Part shown: piece after piece, positions 62,621 to 64,000 of the stretch | Position numbering within the stretch: the first letter of the stretch is position 1 | How the letters are laid out: every line of letters starts with the position of its first letter | Source: Erythrobacter sp. | Lineage (GTDB): Bacteria > Pseudomonadota > Alphaproteobacteria > Sphingomonadales > Sphingomonadaceae | Length of the DNA stretch: 64,000 bases | Assembly (NCBI GenBank): GCA_024642335.1 | Contig: JAHEBH010000002.1 | Location: 6,647 to 70,646 of the forward strand | Direction: 5' to 3' | Position numbers and translations under genes: made by a program | The notes under the pieces: model-generated | The model's database searches: none | Told to the model about the DNA's origin: nothing | The model's input: only the letters and a program-made list of their open reading frames with translations

Positions 62621-63466
62621 ATGGAAAACCTCGTCTCCACACAATGGCTGGCCGATAATCTCGGCTCTCCAGGCCTCGCCATTATCGATGCTTCGGCGCA
62701 TCTCCCCGATGCCCAGCGCGATCCCGCTGCAGAATTCGAGGCGGCGCATATTCCCGGCGCGCTTTATCTGAACCTCGCCAGCTTCTTCGATGCTGGCTGT
62801 CCGGTCCCCAACACGCTCCCCACCGCCGAACAGTTCTCGGCGCGGATGGGAACGCTGGGCATTACACCCGTAACCCGCGTGGTCATCTATGATGATTCCT
62901 ATATAAAGACCTCCGCCCGCGCCTGGTTCATCCTGCGCATGCACGGGATGAAGCGTGTAGCGATCCTTGACGGAGGCCTCGGCAAATGGCGCGCCGAGGG
63001 ACGTCCGCTGGAAAGCGGCGCAACCGCGGCAGAAGCGGTGGAGCACACTCCTTCAACCGGACCCGCCCCGCAGCGATTCAAAGCCGATCTTCTCACCAAT
63101 ATCGACAGCAAGCAGGCCGAAGTCGTAGATGCTCGGGGTGCGGATCGCTTTACCGGCGAGGTTCCCGATTTCCGCCCGAATATTGCCGATGGTCATATTC
63201 CCGGATCGCGCAATGTCGTGTTCGATCAGGTCCTGAATGCGGATGGCACGTTCAAGGACGAAGCGGGCATCCGCGCAGCATTCGCCGCGCAGAATGTCGA
63301 TCTCGACAAGCCTGTCATAACCACCTGTGGTGGCGGCGTGACCGCGCTGGTCCTGCTCTTTGCCCTCGAACGCATCGGCAAGACCGATGTCGCGCTTTAT
63401 GACGGCAGCTGGAGCGAATGGGGCGGCGATCCCGACCTTCCGAAGGAAGTTGGCGAGGCACGGTGA
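62621..63466 (+). CDS. sseA: 3-mercaptopyruvate/thiosulfate sulfurtransferase
   Basis: LVSTQWL, HIPGA, ARAWF, LDGG...W, active-site TCGGGVTA, LYDGSWSEW. Confidence 0.88.
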   Translation: MENLVSTQWLADNLGSPGLAIIDASAHLPDAQRDPAAEFEAAHIPGALYLNLASFFDAGCPVPNTLPTAEQFSARMGTLGITPVTRVVIYDDSYIKTSARAWFILRMHGMKRVAILDGGLGKWRAEGRPLESGATAAEAVEHTPSTGPAPQRFKADLLTNIDSKQAEVVDARGADRFTGEVPDFRPNIADGHIPGSRNVVFDQVLNADGTFKDEAGIRAAFAAQNVDLDKPVITTCGGGVTALVLLFALERIGKTDVALYDGSWSEWGGDPDLPKEVGEAR

Positions 63467-64000
63467 GCGGCGGCAAAACCTCCGACGGCCACAAGCCGGG
63501 AACCCGCGTCGTCGGGGCAGGACGGCGCGAGGAATGGACTGGCGCGGTCGTCAATCCACCCGTCTGGCGGGCAAGCACCCATCTCTATGCCGATAGCAAG
63601 GACCTCGCCAGTGGCCGCCCGAACGAGGACGGGCATTTCTATTACGGTCGCCGCGGTGCCCCCACCCAATGGGCACTGGCCGAAGCGCTGACACAGCTGG
63701 AACCCGGTGCAGCCGGTACCATCCTCTATCCCAGCGGGGTGGCCGCGATCGCCAATGTCCTGCTCGCCATTCTCGCACCCGGCGATGTGCTGCTGGTGAC
63801 CGACAACGCCTATGAACCCACGCGCAACATCGCGCTGGGCATGCTCGGGCAATATGGCATCGAGGCGCGGCCTTTCGATCCGCTGGACCACGCCGCCTAT
63901 GAAGCGGCTTTCTGTGCCAACACTCGCGCTGTGATGATCGAGTGCCCGGGCAGCCTGACGATGGAAGTGTGCGACGTGCCCTTCCTGGCAGGAATGGCGA
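63463..64000 (+). CDS. metC: Cystathionine beta-lyase, runs off the window
   Basis: Not in the ORF track. GTGA overlap; VVNPPVWRAST.LY, YYGRRGAPT, LYPSGVAAI, DN.YEPTR. Confidence 0.85.
   Translation, partial: MSGGKTSDGHKPGTRVVGAGRREEWTGAVVNPPVWRASTHLYADSKDLASGRPNEDGHFYYGRRGAPTQWALAEALTQLEPGAAGTILYPSGVAAIANVLLAILAPGDVLLVTDNAYEPTRNIALGMLGQYGIEARPFDPLDHAAYEAAFCANTRAVMIECPGSLTMEVCDVPFLAGMA

Overview
GC-rich alphaproteobacterial chromosome segment. Gene content and order (gcrA, rimP-nusA-infB-rbfA, truB-rpsO-pnp, crtZ beside leuC, sigma54 psp operon) suggest Sphingomonadales, probably Erythrobacteraceae (inference). Most of the window is housekeeping, with three tRNAs (Ser-CGA, Arg-UCU, Thr-UGU). 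I found no integrase, transposase or CRISPR array. Three things stand out. (1) Two ~193-nt diverged tandem copies of an apparently non-coding, structured element lie between gcrA and an orphan AHL-type LuxR gene; each has its own conserved promoter-like block, which suggests sibling sRNAs. (2) The phage-shock (Psp) system is expanded: pspF, a 50-aa leader protein, pspABC and five tandem TM plus PspB/PspC-C-terminal-like paralogues. Two remote sigma54 promoters share upstream motifs with it; one drives a 42-aa protein plus a stand-alone PspC domain, the other apparently a hairpin RNA. (3) An accessory aromatic-catabolism neighbourhood has a LigF-like glutathione S-transferase, a LigD/LigN/LigO-like SDR and two MFS transporters. 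All family assignments come from motif recognition and recalled sequences; no database search was run.
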